From Amoebidium appalachense (lineage: Eukaryota > Protista > Ichthyosporea): 64,000 nt of DNA. Location of the stretch: positions 1,302,001 through 1,366,000 of the forward strand of contig CAVNZM010000012.1 of the NCBI GenBank assembly GCA_963693365.1. The letters run 5' to 3'. The notes beneath the pieces were generated by a model, which was given only the letters and a program-made list of their open reading frames with translations, was not told where the DNA came from and ran no database searches. Shown piece by piece: positions 1-17,983 of the stretch; positions within the stretch are counted from its first letter, which is position 1, and every line of letters starts with the position of its first letter. A program made the translations under genes and the position numbers.

Positions 1-158
1 ACAGAGGACACAAGCGCAATGGGCAAGTGCAAGGGACAATGTGCGTGTGTGTGTGTGTGTGTGCATAGACACGAAGTTCCAGATGTCAAAGAGTGTTTCA
101 GTAAACTGTGTGTGCATGCAGAAAAATGCCAGTTTGTTATATGTGTGTGCATGTGTGT

Positions 159-202
<44 letters not shown>

Positions 203-674
203 CTATGTGTGTGTGTGTGTAATGTCTGTGTGTGTGTGTGTAGGAGTCAACCAAGAGCTAGTGTTTACGTGTGAGTGTGTGCTATCGCGTGTGCGTGTAA
301 GGAGGGATGTGTTTTGCTTGTGCATGCGTGTGTTTATGTGTGAGTGTGAATGTGCTTGCGTGTGCACGGAACTTGCAGGCAAGGGTATACTAGTGTACTT
401 GTGCTGCTGCGTGTGTTTGTGTATGCTGATTTGTGCTTGCTCCTATGGGATCGTAACTGTGCACAAATGTATGTTTACCAAGTGAAAAGATGCAAAGTTG
501 TTAAAAGACACATGGGTGAATGCGGTTCATGCGTGCACCCTAAGTAAGAAGAAAAGGCAAGGTAGAAATTGTGAGTAAAGCACGTTGCCGGCGGCAGTGC
601 CTCGAGCAGTTGTGTTTAGCCGGTGCTACTAATGCAGTTGTTTCAACCCACAAAAACACAAAAATGAGACCGAC

Positions 675-770
675 CTGTCCACGATGTTGTAGAATGTTGA
701 GTGCCTCGTAGAGATAGGAGTTTGCTGACTCCTTCTCCGTGTTGAGAAGAAGTGCTACAATGCCACACAT
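675..770 (-). CDS. purF: Amidophosphoribosyltransferase, first coding exon (gene continues beyond the left edge of the window)
   Basis: MCGIVALL...LYEALNILQHRGQ has the Ntn-amidotransferase N-terminal Cys and the LQHRGQ signature; exon ends CAG|gtcggt at 675. Confidence 0.93.
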
Positions 771-3226
771 CTTTATTCGCTAGCTTAACCTGTGAAAGGT
801 GGCCCCTCAGTATGTGCACAGGCGTATAAAAGGGGCCCATAAATAGCCGAGAACAAGTTCGTCCAGGAATAAAGCTTATGCGTATCTAGGGAACAAAAGA
901 AAACACAGGTTCAGCTCGTCCAAAAAAATGGATTACACGTCGCCCCTTTGACAAAGCCGTGTTTATGCACTAGGTTGGAGGCCAGTTTCTGTGTCTGGTA
1001 AAATCTACGACAGAAACACCGAAAGGCATCTTATTCGCATACATCGCAACCACATTTCTGGTGTGTGCTTGAACCCATCTAACCGACGACAACATCACAA
1101 AGCTGACTTCACACTCACCTTTAGAGGTTATTGCAGCCACATAGATGTTCCCGACAACCGCGCCGTTAAGCTTTAACCTCTCTCCAAGAGAATCACTAGA
1201 GTATACCCGGTACACATATACTCTACACTTGTAAGCTATCAAAACATACACACGCACACACATAAACAAACACCAAAAAAGTGGTGAGACACAGCACCAG
1301 CACAGACAGAGGACACATGGGCAGATGGGCATGTGCAAGGAACAATGTATGACGTCATGAGTGCGCGCGTAGCCAATCATTGTGTCGCAAAATCATGCCA
1401 AAAATAATGATATTGTGCACGTGCACACGTCAATATTTATAAAACAATAAAAAAAGTAGGAATATAGATCTTTATCGGTGATATTGTAAGATGTGAGTGC
1501 AGTACATACAGTGACTGTGCAGTACATACAGTGACTGATGGAATGGCAGCTAGACGCACATACACACACCCACATACACATGCACACACACACACAGACA
1601 CACACACACAGACACACACACACACACAGCTCCTCCTCCTCCTGGGGAGGAGTGTATATTTTGCTTTGAAGAACATTGCAACGTTAACGCTGGTTAATCG
1701 GTTCAGCCTGTTTCAAAACCGAACATCGATCGTCTGCCCAGGGCTCTGGAAAACAGTTGTGTTACTACTGCTGAACATAGGTCTATGATGCAAACTGGAA
1801 ATTCAGAGTTTATTGCAGGTGTGGATGTCTGGGACCTTCACGATTCCATCACCTCGTAAAACCGGTACATCGTGATTGGAATTGTAAGCCTCCCGGAGTC
1901 TTTTCGTGGCCCTGTATGGCCGACGATGTTTGGCTCTGAAAAAGGTCGACCCGATGACCGGATACTGCGACGTGCTCTACGCATATCATTGAATCCTTCG
2001 AATAAACTGGCCCATAGCTATGAATGGGATGGCCTCCAACCGGCCATTTTTGTCAACGGTTACCTTCTGATGTAGCTCATACTTTTCAAGGCAACTCGAT
2101 CCATTACAATTTTATTGGCTGCTCTCTTTGCTATGTTCTGAGGTCGCTCTTTATTTTCACGACGACTGGATCCGTTAAATCCCAAGCTATAGAGATCCTT
2201 CTGATTGCGAGCCAGGATGTCAACCCCCAACTCGCACCAACTCCCCCACTCTCCCCCCCTTCCCCCCCCCCTCCCCCCCCCCCCCCCCCCCCACCGCCCC
2301 CCACCGTCCCCCCCCCCCCCCCCCCCCCTCCCCCCTTCCCCCGTTCCCCCCACAAGTTACTTCGACCCTCCCTCCGCCCCTTGGTCTCCCTCCCCCCCTT
2401 TCCCCCCCCTCCCCCCTTCCCCGTTTCAAAATCCGAGCTTCCTTAGACCCCCTATTTACGAACGGTAGTGTTGTATCACATCACCGTCTTATTATCGATG
2501 TGGACGTGGCTTGAAATGGACATATAAATGCATGCTAGGGGAGTGGGTCCGGGAACTTGCTACACTTCACATGATTATGCAAGCACATACTAAGATTAGT
2601 AAGTAACGCCCCTTTGTGCATATGCCTTAGTAGTATTTACAGTCTTACCAACAATATCCCTCCTGAATGCCCCTTTTTACCGAGTATCAACCCCCGAAAG
2701 CCTATTTTGCCAACTGTATGACCTCCCCCCCCCCCCCCCCATCAAGAAAAAAATAAAGAAAAAAAGAATTTGCCCCTACAACTGCCTCCACCTAAGTACG
2801 CTCGTGCTTGCCCGTGCACCGACTTCAAATGATATTTGGCAGAGTGCAGCACCCTGCTACTGCTGCCTCTGTGCCACCGTGAGTTCGAACTTTTCTAGGC
2901 TGATGCTGTAGGCGATGAATTTACGGCCTACCTAAACCAAGGATCCCCCCACACGCTCCCCTGTAACAAAAAACGCCTTAAAGATCTTGCCCAGGCACAA
3001 GCCGGCCGGTATGTGGGCATGCCCCTACTGCGGTCGTCACAGTCACTACCGGTAGCCGAACCAACGTTCGGGCCATGTTTGGGCCCGGGCCAATCAAATT
3101 GAATGATATGAATTGCTGCCATCATGATCAGTGCTTTTTTGTTTGCCCCCCCACCCCCTACCCCACCCCACCCCCCCTTCCCCAGCTGCGACATACGTCA
3201 TCATCGGATACACACATACACACACG

Positions 3227-3286
<60 letters not shown>

Positions 3287-3440
3287 GAGGTTGCATGCCT
3301 GTACATGTCTACCCCCATTTCGGATGGTCATTTTGCAACAGGGAGAGAGGATCGATCACGCTGCAGCTGATCATACGAAGATTGTGGCAATCGACATGCC
3401 GAAATCTCGGAATAATGTTCTGTAGCTGATAGACCCCCTC

Positions 3441-3473
<33 letters not shown>

Positions 3474-3571
3474 AAAAATATAAAAAAAATAAAATAAATG
3501 AATTGACATACGCAACCATCCCCGGTGCGCAGCGTGCTGTGACACCAACCTGTTACCGTCCTCCCCCTCCC

Positions 3572-3610
<39 letters not shown>

Positions 3611-4490
3611 CCTCCCCCCCTTTCCCCCTTCCCCTTTCCCACTCCCCCTTCCCTCCCCCTCCCCCCCCCCTCCCCCCCCCCCCCCCCCCCCCCCCCCAAC
3701 CCCGTCCCGACTTGCAGAGTTACCCGCACCCATCTTTTACAACCCCTTTTTCACTGCAAGTGTATTCATGCATGTTGCCTACTGCCGGTGAACTACTGGC
3801 CCCACCACCAACGCCACTTTCACAACTTTAAGGACACATTGTCACAAACAGGTTGTTACACTGGCACACGTGTGCGGGCGCCCATACCCACCCACACACC
3901 CACACACACACCGTCACACACACACACGTGCGAGCCTGCGCCCTCACACACACTTACACGCGCGTGCGCACACAAACACACTTTAGCACGTACCCACACA
4001 CACGTGGCATGGTACCACACACACACCAACACGAGGTGCACACACGCCCCTGGCGCGCTCTCACATGCAGGTACCCTCACTCCTTGACTCAAATGGCAAA
4101 CACACACACATCCATAAGTGCCTTAACCACTGCATTTACACACCAAACAGAGAGACTGTCACTGGAGAAAGACAGAAACTCGCATGTTCATCCACGCACG
4201 CCCGCACGCAAGCACGCAGCCACCCAGGCCACGCAAGCACACACACACAAGCATGCACGCACACACACACACAATCACCACAAGCTGGGAGACTGCGACA
4301 CACTGGCAGCCACACACACACACATTCAGACACACGGGTGGCAAAAGGCAAACATACACACTAATGATCACGGCCCGCCACGCTAACTGAAGACTCTGAG
4401 ACTCTGCTCAAGGTGTACACACATGTACATGCGGCCGCACAAACACACACACACACTGTCTCCCTCTTTTTGTCTCTCACTCCCCCTCTC

Positions 4491-4530
<40 letters not shown>

Positions 4531-5742
4531 ACCCACCCACCCACCCCCCCACCCCCTTCCCCCCCGGTTTGTGGCCCCAGCCCCCTTCTTTATCCCGCCT
4601 GTTGGTGGCGTGCAATGCACATTTTTCTCCCGCCATCGACTCTTTTACACACTGCCTCAAGCTAAACTTATTAGTCTTCATATTTATTTCAGTCCCCTCC
4701 CCCTAATCCCCTCCTCCCACCAGGTCCACACACACGAAATTACACTTGAAGCACACACAAACACCGCCACCCCCCTCCCCTCCTCTCCCCATCCCCCTGC
4801 CCCCAGGTCCCCCCTCCCCCGCCAGCTAACCCCCGGTTCTCCTCCTTCTCCCCCTGGCGGGCCACCTGCTTGTTATCCCTTGCTTGCTTTCCTCTTTTTC
4901 TCGCACCTCTGAGTTGCCAACCCCGTCTCCTGCGTAGCCCTTGCATTGCATCTGGCCCCCACACATCATTACTCCTTTACTCCCTATAGCTATCCCTATC
5001 CCCTCCTGCTTCATCCACAAAGCAGTGCCTCGACATTAGGGCCCTCAACCCCCCATGCATCTTCGCAGTGTGGCCCTTATCCACCCCCTGTTACCATCAT
5101 CCCCCCTCTCAGCCTGCTTGCCGCCGCTTCAGCCCTCCCTTAAACCCGGTCCGCTCAAGCGGCCTGGGCCACCCACCCACCCCTGTGTTATATTTAGCCA
5201 CCACATCTCCTCACCACATCCACACCTGCTTTCTAACCCCCCTCCCCCCCCCCCCCCCCCCGGCCGCCGCGCCTCCTCTCCCCTCCCCTCTTTTCTTTTG
5301 TTTTTTTTGACCTGTGCGCCCCCACTGTCCCGTGGGTTCCCAGAGTTAAACTTCGAACAAAACCAACACTTACCTTCCTAAACGTGTAAGCAGACACCGT
5401 GCCCAATATGATTGTATTGTTTACACACTCAAGACAAATGGCGCGAGGCGCAGATTCTGAGCTAATATTTAGAGGAGAAGGGGGGGGGGGAGTGGGGAGA
5501 GAACCCTAGCGGAAAGTGTGGTGGTGGAGCCTGGTCCATCTTAAAGGGTTTTGGTGGTGGTGGTGGGGGCGTGGAGGGTGGGGGGAGGGGGAGGGGGAGG
5601 AGGGAGGGAGGGGGGGGGGGGGTTTGGAGAAGAGGCCCATATCACAGCGCAGCAGCAGAGGACATAGCCTAGGAGAAGTGAAAGTACTCAGCTTAGTGTA
5701 TGTATACTGGTCTGGCAACATTCACTCGCACGCGTCGTATTG

Positions 5743-5776
<34 letters not shown>

Positions 5777-6085
5777 CTGGACGTTGAATATAATCTTATT
5801 ATTACAAGTTGTACACAGGGGGGGCCAGCCATTTAGCACTGCCACTCTTACTGTTCGGAGCATCAGCCTATGTACCCCTAGCTCGGCCTACTGGGGCCTG
5901 TATCATACTCAGTGCCATACTCTTTCTGTTGAAGTTGTCTTAACGTCCAAAAGTTACAAGTTCTGCCACATTAAACCAAACTTTACCAATGTCCGTAATT
6001 ATATAACTCCCAATGCCTTATTCAGCCATACACTCAATATGCGTTATTACTACTACCGCTTGCTTCGAGAATCTGCGCAGAGTTC

Positions 6086-7209
6086 CTACGGAATATTCAT
6101 AACCAGCTTCTTCCCCCCCACCTTCCCGCTTGCCAACAAATCCAACCCATTGGCAATAGCCCCCAATCCCCCCTCAAGCAGATCCACTTCATTCAGCCGT
6201 AGTTTTCCGTCCGCCACAAGTGCCCCCAATTCGGAGACATCTTGCTCCAGCACACCTCTCACCGCAGGAACGTCAAACCCGTAGCCCAGGTTTACCATTC
6301 CTCCACGCACATTTTCTGGAAGGTTTTCCGGGACACCCCCTGACCCAGCGATGAACACTTCTGCTCCGGGTGCTGTTGCCTCGAGCGCCTTTGCTGCCGT
6401 TGCAGGGCCGACCGTGTCATAGACATAGCGCAGCTGCCCACCCGTCACCTTCTTGATCTGCTCAACAGTGTCGCTGTCGCGGTAGTCGACCACCGCCGTT
6501 GCGCCGAGAGACTTCAGCCACTGTTCGTTCTTTTTGCTGGCAGCAGCAACCACCTTGTATCCGCTCAGGCGCGCCAGTTGGACCGCCTGGCTACCAACCG
6601 ACCCACTCCCTCCCCATACCAAAACCCACTCGCCAGTGGTTGAAGGGTTTGAAGGCCGTGCCAGCTTCAAAATGTTGTACAGACCGAGGGAGGCAGTGAG
6701 GGTTGAGACACCCACGGTTGACAACTGTTCTGTGGTGATGGCGGGGGGCTTTTTCCAGGCCATTTTCTCGGGGATGACACAGTATTGCGCGAATGTCCCG
6801 CGTCCAGGGCGCCCTAGACCTGGGTACCCAGCGACTACGTCGCCAACTTTGAACTCTGTTACGTCACTGCCGACAGCCTCGACGACGCCAGCCATGTCGC
6901 AGCCGAGTGCGATGGGGTAGGAGGGGATGAACAAGCCATACTGGGCCATTTTGTAATCCACCGGATTAAGTGCAGTGTACTGGGGAGCACAGGTACACGT
7001 CGTTAGTTTTCGTACTTTTAAAAAGTACTCCCTCAGCACTGCAAATATTCAGCACAGGACATGTGAGCTCCCTCAAGGGGGTAACTTTGTAATTGTACTT
7101 CTTACAACTTTCTAACGGTGTAACTTGAGCGGAGGCATACACTTGCAAGAAGCAATTCAGTCGGCTGGCAGACAAACAGAAAAATACACTCCCCGTTAGT
7201 AAACGCCAT
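6086..7209 (-). CDS. Zinc-independent MDR-family oxidoreductase (enoyl-reductase-like / quinone-reductase-like)
   Basis: 894-bp exon 6086-6979 encodes ALNPVDYK, LGCDMAGVVEAVGSDV, GTFAQY, the NADPH motif VLVWGGSGSVG, YVYDTVG and GKKLV. Short 5' exons between 6980 and the ATG at 7209 are not resolved with certainty. Confidence 0.9.
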
Positions 7210-8964
7210 GGCGTGCAAAGCGACCGCAGCGCAGCAGAACTTATGATGTAATGTAATTTACCTGAATTCGCACCAGAAGTTCATTCACAGCAGGGGCGGG
7301 CTTCTCAGTCGTGCCCACAACGAAGTCTTCGGATATGCGGCCCGGCTTGGTCAACAGCAGCGCCTCCATAGTGCACTTTGCAGCAGGTTACCGCGCGTAG
7401 AAGGGCGGAGAGAGAGAAAATGTTTCTTGTGGAAAATTGAGTGTTTGTGAGAGCTGATTCTCAGCTGAAGCTCTTTTTTTACGGAATGAAGGCTTAGGGG
7501 AAAAAATGGGCCGATTTCTATCGAATTTTATTGGCACACGAATGAGGATTGAGAAGACGGTCTCCCAAACCTCCAGATGAATAAAATCAATTCTTAAAAA
7601 TTTAAATTCCCATGATGGCATCATAATGAGAAGTTGCAGTTGCAAGGCTTTCGGCAGCATTTTTCGATTTTCAACCATGTGAAGCCGAGATAAAAGATCC
7701 AATACATACATTAATGTTGCTTTATTTTGTTTTTCAATTAATGTAAATTAGCAAACAAGTTACACAACTATTACAACCCGGGCCCTATTTCTAAGAGCCC
7801 CCAAAGCGTTAGGTGTTGGGTGGCTCATGTTTTACACTTCTCCCCAGCCTCACTCTGTTGTTTTATTAACCCGGATAGTCGATTTTCCAGGTTACAAGGA
7901 TTTTTATTGGCACAGACATATGACTTCATACTGTCTTATACATACATGATGCAAGACATATATTTACAACCAATAGATTATTATTTTATGATTTCGGTAG
8001 TCATCTACGACTACAAACATCGCACAACGACATACAAATGAAAACTTGAAGGATCCCAAAATTCCTTCAAGTTTTCATTTGTATGTCGTTTGTGCGATGT
8101 TTGTAGTAGTAGATGACTACCGAAATCATAAAATATTGCTGAATAATCTTCGTGATTCGCAGAGGATTTACGGAATCCATATAAGGTAAGTGACGACCTA
8201 TAACATTGTTCATTGGTCATTTCGATTTCTTCATTTTGCCTTTAAGGCTTCGACTACCGTGAATCTTGAAGGGTGGCGTAAGGGTATATAACACGTTTTT
8301 TATCACTATTTTACATGGACGAGTTTATTCAACAAATAATCTGGTGTTGTAAGAAAACTCCTTGCCAAATTCCAAGTCCTTGGTCAGGCCGGGGTTTCCA
8401 AAGTGGCCACTGGCACGTGAGAATTCGAAATTTAAAGGTCTCCGGTGCACGTGACGTGAGCCGATCGGAGTCCACAACACGGCCACAACTCTGAAAGAGA
8501 GCCACAAATTTAGCGATATCATCCGTTTCAACTTTTTTTGGCTCTCCAGATTCATGGCGTTCTTGAGTGTGTTTTCTCGTGATCCTCGTGGACTAAGGTG
8601 CATATAAAGCGTGAAAAAAAAAGAGGGAAATAAATAAAGGAACTATCTCTACTTCCCAACGGATACACTTATACGTGACTTTGAAAAGATGTCCCTAGGG
8701 CCGGGCTGGTGACCAAACTATTTTTAGGTTGTTTTTTTGGCTCCGTTTCCTGGGCCAATGGTAAAAGGGCGCCGCACTACTGTACCTGACGACCAGCCAA
8801 TCAAATCTAAATGATATCATGCCAAGTTAGGCCATCAAAAAGTATAAATTGGCCAGTCGGGTTTCCTTCGGCCAGAGATTTTGAAGGCTACAATCACAGT
8901 ACGGTGTCCGCCTGTCCGCCGAAGCAATACTGGCAGTGATCTCGGTCCGCCTCGGTCCGCCACG

Positions 8965-12697
<3,733 letters not shown>

Positions 12698-13735
12698 CTA
12701 AGTGTGTCATTAAGGGCTCGTCTTGAGGCCTGTCCCTGTGGTTTTTTGGCTCGATAAGATTGAAGCCTTGTACCGTGTCACAGTGCTCAAAATGCACCTA
12801 TAAAACTATGAAGAGTACAACAGCAGCGATGTGAAGGAAGAATGAAGCACTGAAGCTTGCCAATATTGGCCAATTCCAAATTTAACCTTCTAAGGAAAAT
12901 TCGTCCTACTGGGCATGCCTGCATATATTTGTTCGAGGGTCGAGTGCAATGTGTGTGTAGTGGTCTCTGTACATTTCTGAGGTTTCAGTTACGTCATTCG
13001 TTATATGTACTACGGTGTTGTCATACTAAAGTGCACTTATAATGTATCAACAAGTTAACAAACCGAATGCCTAAGTTCATCATACAGTAACTATATGAGT
13101 TGCCAAACTCGCGTTAATTCACATGATTTCTCGCTCAGTACGCGTACAAGTATGCAATGCATACTACTAATGAGTCAACTCGTTGATAAAACATCCAGCC
13201 AAAAGCAAAATGGCTGTACACATTCCAAGAAACATTGCACCGTCTTTTAAGCTGGCCAATAGCTATAGGCTAAGGTGACCACGGTATCATGAGGTCACAC
13301 ACTCTCCCTGCCCGGGGTGAGTTGAGTCCCGCAGGGGCGGGGGGGGGGGGGGGGGGGGGGGGGGAGCAAGCGTGTGCATGTGTGTATGCGGGTGCATCAC
13401 AGTGTCTAGGGCACGTGTGCGCTAATGTGTGCAACGGTATGTGTACACCACAGGTCATTGCTGCAATAATCAGTGCCTAAGGCACCATGATGGCAGCGCC
13501 TATAACTCGGAAGGACTATTGGTGCGTCTATTTCTCCGGTGACTTCACAATAGGTTGTTTTTGATGGCGCCTGTGGCAGACTGAGTATCTGTTACTAACC
13601 ATGTTTGATTATTGGGTCTATGGCCCCGCACATGTGAGTTAAAACTTTGAGTGTTGCAGTGTGTCAGGGCATGCTTGCGCGCGCACACATGGCCCAGTGT
13701 GTAGGTGCATGCATGTACACCTCTCCCTCTCTCAT

Positions 13736-13769
<34 letters not shown>

Positions 13770-13974
13770 CCCTCTTTATCTCTCTCTCTCATGATCATGC
13801 TCTCTCTCGCTCTCTCTCCCTCTCTCTCTCTCCCTCTCTCCCTCTCTCTCCCCCTCCCTCCGGCCCCTCCCCCCTCTCTCTCTGTCGCGCGCGCTCTCTC
13901 GCCTAGAGTCTTTCCCCCCCCCCCCCCCCCCCCTCCCCCCGGGGGCCCCTCCTTATCTCACCTATCTCTCACTT

Positions 13975-14020
<46 letters not shown>

Positions 14021-14326
14021 GCGTGTTTTGTGCATATGTGTGTGTGTGCTTGTGTTTGTACGCCTAAACATCCAACAGGTTTACCTAAACATGTTAATGT
14101 TTCACAAAAAAAAACAGTGCTATTTATTGGGATTTCAAACTAGTACTACCTTACTATCATTGACCTAGGGCCTGTACACACAACTTTTAGGTAGAGTGAA
14201 ACTGCTCAGTGCCGGTAGACGATCAGTGGGTCACGTATCTTAAGGGATTTTTAAATTCGAAAAGGGGGGGGGTGGGGAGTAGCGATAATTGACGTCCCCC
14301 CTGGTGGTAGCCCCCTCCCCCCCACT

Positions 14327-14366
<40 letters not shown>

Positions 14367-14734
14367 CCCACCCTCCCCACCCACCCACCCCCTCCGGGTT
14401 GGGGAGCAGTAAATATCAAATTCGTCCCCCCTGGCGGTACCCCCCTTCCCCTCCCCCCCCTCTAAGGTAGCCGCAGGGGTGGGTGGGTCTCCCCCCCCCC
14501 AGGGGGGGGGAGGCGAGTGGGGTTGTGGGTCCTCCTCCTCCTCCCCCCCCCCCCCCCCCCCCCCCTCCCCCCCCTCTCCCCCGTCCCCCGCATGCGCATC
14601 ATCATGGTATTTTAGAGTCTCTTTTCCACCCACCAAAGGTAACCGTTATATTCCTTCCTTTTTTTTTTTCTTTTTTTTTTTCCCTTTCTAATTTTTGGCG
14701 CATTTGCCTCCGTTTTTGCCACTGACACATATAT

Positions 14735-14771
<37 letters not shown>

Positions 14772-14837
14772 ACATACACAGTGACACACGCTCACACACA
14801 CACACACACACCACACACGCACACATACACACACCGT

Positions 14838-14898
<61 letters not shown>

Positions 14899-15142
14899 CC
14901 CACCCGTTCGTGCCAAACGGGGGGGGGGGGGGGGGGGGGGAGGGGGAGGGGGGGGGGGGGGGGGAGGGGGACTGACCGTACGGCATATATATAGCCTGAG
15001 ACTCATATGGTGATAAAGGAATCCTAGGCCGATTAGTTAGCCTCAATGTTAACGTGGTATGTAAACCGCTGCTGATTATTACTATTATGTGATCAGGTTT
15101 TCTGATATAAATAACCACATGATGACAGCATATATATGGCAT

Positions 15143-15192
<50 letters not shown>

Positions 15193-15465
15193 CTACTCAC
15201 GTGGGTGGTGGGTCCCCCCCCCCCCCCCCCCCCCTCCCCTTCCCCTGCTGGCCGGAGGGGTCACGGGGTGGGTCTCTCCCCCGGCCCTCACCCCCCTCCC
15301 TCCCCCCCCCCCCACCCCCCCCACCCCCCCCTCCGGGGGGTGAGGGGACCCACACATGTCCAAAGGGGGGTGTGGGTCCCGGCCCCCCCCCCCCCCCCCC
15401 CCCCCCCCCAAAGTTACTACTACCCCCCTCTCCGTTTCAAAATCAAGGTGTGTTTGTGTGTGTGA

Positions 15466-15532
<67 letters not shown>

Positions 15533-15591
15533 CGGTGTGACGTGTGTGTGTGTGTGTGTATGTCGGTGTGTGGGCGGGTGGGTGGGGGTGT

Positions 15592-15638
<47 letters not shown>

Positions 15639-16596
15639 CTATATCGTTTAGAGCACCGTACCGGTTGAACCTTGATCAAGCCACCGCGCTACACGCCATC
15701 ATATCTGATTCATCGATATCCAGTTATCCAAGGAATGCAAGCATGCACTCACTCCAGCGTGCAAGGTCAGCTCCAGCCACCTCAAAAGGGTATCTCTTAT
15801 TTTAAATTTTGGAGTCCGGAATCCGATGCATGCAGGAGCGATGATCACGTGCCTTCCTCTTGACCTCTCATCAGCAAACGTCGATGTTCCGGCTTTCCGG
15901 CTTTCCAGCCGGGCAAAAAAAAAAAAAAAAAAAAAAACTTGCATATGATTGGTTTTATTTTATCGTACATAGGTTAGAGGACACAGTCAGGACGTGCCAG
16001 GTGTGACTTCTCATAACGTGCAAAGTCATAGACGCCGTATGAACGAAGCTTACCGTCACACACCATGCCTTTCGGATTCAATACGACACTGGCAAACGAG
16101 TTAGCATTATATTACTGGCATTTGCCAGACAAAAACAAACAGAAAAAAATGACAATCACGTAGTTTTATATAGTCGATTTTATTTTCATCTTTAGTGGGT
16201 TCTGAGTAGCAGTACCTTTTTACAAGCACCAGCCCTCCTTTGAGTACATCTTTGCGTGCATAATAAAACAATAAAAAAAAATAAGGAATATGGTTTGAAC
16301 TAACAAGCAGCCCTATCCCCAAAGAGTGTGGAATCTGATTTGATGTTGTGGGCCCTTGAACAAGATTGCGTCATGTGATCACAGTGTGGCTTGTGTGTGT
16401 GCATACATGTAGTCCCAGGTGTGTGTTGTGCGATTAAATGCGCAAACAATCCTGAGATTGCAAAAATGTGTTCGAAAAGCCGGAAACCAGTGTTGTGCGT
16501 GTGCAATAGATCTAGCGAACGAGAAAGAGAAAGAGAAAGGGCTGTGTGCGTGTGTGCGTGTGTGCGTGTATGTGTGTATGTGTGCATGTGCATGTG

Positions 16597-16627
<31 letters not shown>

Positions 16628-16806
16628 CTGTGCTCGTGTGGCATTCACATTAGTTTCGACCAAACATCCCAATTAAAAATTCCAATCGCTAAACACAAAC
16701 ACCAAGATCCTAGACACCTCCCGTCCCACCTGATCAGATACCATTTTTTACACCCGCCAACAAAACCACCACCTGCCAGAGTTTAACACCGCTTCCACAA
16801 CCAACA

Positions 16807-17304
16807 CTAAGACTTCTTGGCAAAGTTGACGTTGAGCGCATGTGTAGGTGTGATCTTGAACCCTTGAAGAGTCGTTTTTGCCACCGTGGCCTGATAATCG
16901 TTTCCATACTCGATAAACGCAATGTCGTGCCGCCCAGGAATCTGACGCACCTCCACCAGCCCGGGGTGCTGTCCAAACAGGGCAATAAGCATCTTGTCCG
17001 TGGTTTCCTCCGGAAGGCCCGTAAGAAGAAGAATGTTGTTTGGCGGGTTTTCTGACGGTCCTGCAACGGTGGAGGTTTGGTTATTTAGGGGGTTGGTATG
17101 ACTTGATGTGATGATGCCGTTTCACGTTTTAACAGCCAGAAACAAAAACCGATATATTCACGTGTGTAAACTACACAGGTGCAGTCAGCGTGCCCCCTCC
17201 CCCTCCCCCCAAAACCAAAACCAAAACCCAAAAAAAAAAAAAACACCACCTCACAAAAACGAAAAGGGACAAGAGAGAGAGAGAGAGGGAGGGAGAGAGA
17301 GGGG

Positions 17305-17337
<33 letters not shown>

Positions 17338-17411
17338 GGGGGGGGGGGGGGGGGAAGGAGGGAGGGAGGGAGAGAGAGATATGTGCGAAAGCAAGAGAAA
17401 CAAAAAAAGAG

Positions 17412-17444
<33 letters not shown>

Positions 17445-17945
17445 ACCACCACCACCACCACCACAAAAAAGACACACACACACAAACAAACAAACAAACA
17501 AACAAACAAACAAACAAAAAAAAAATAAAATCGAATGAACAGACACTGCATTCAGCTGCAACACACAACACATGATATCGATATCGATTTTGCCGCCCTC
17601 CGACACTAGCCCATAGCATCGAGGGCCATGGCAGCTGTTAATGGGCGGCCAATCATCTTCCGGAACCGAGAATGCCCCACCAACAGACATGAAATGGGGC
17701 ATTTTATATTTCCGGAACTCAATTATCAAGATCACGATGAGATGTGGGAAACCTCGCGCGCACAACACACTGAAAAGTGAACTAGAGCTGATAATAGCAA
17801 CCCCAACGAAAGGAGCTCGAGAAGAGGGGAAAATGGAGAGCGTTACAGCACGCTTCACCATCACCCCCCCCCCCCCCCCCCCCCCGGATAATAAATAAAT
17901 AAATAAATAAATAAATAGAAACACATACACCGCGAAGAAAAGAAG

Positions 17946-17983
<38 letters not shown>

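Noticed and set aside
1872-2075. PTMF..DDRIL resembling an inositol 5-phosphatase/EEP motif
   Set aside because: Too weak; other conserved EEP motifs are not found in a consistent frame.
7388-7790. Possible DNA transposon or MITE in the MDR-DJ-1 spacer
   Set aside because: No terminal inverted repeats, TSD or transposase motif could be identified.
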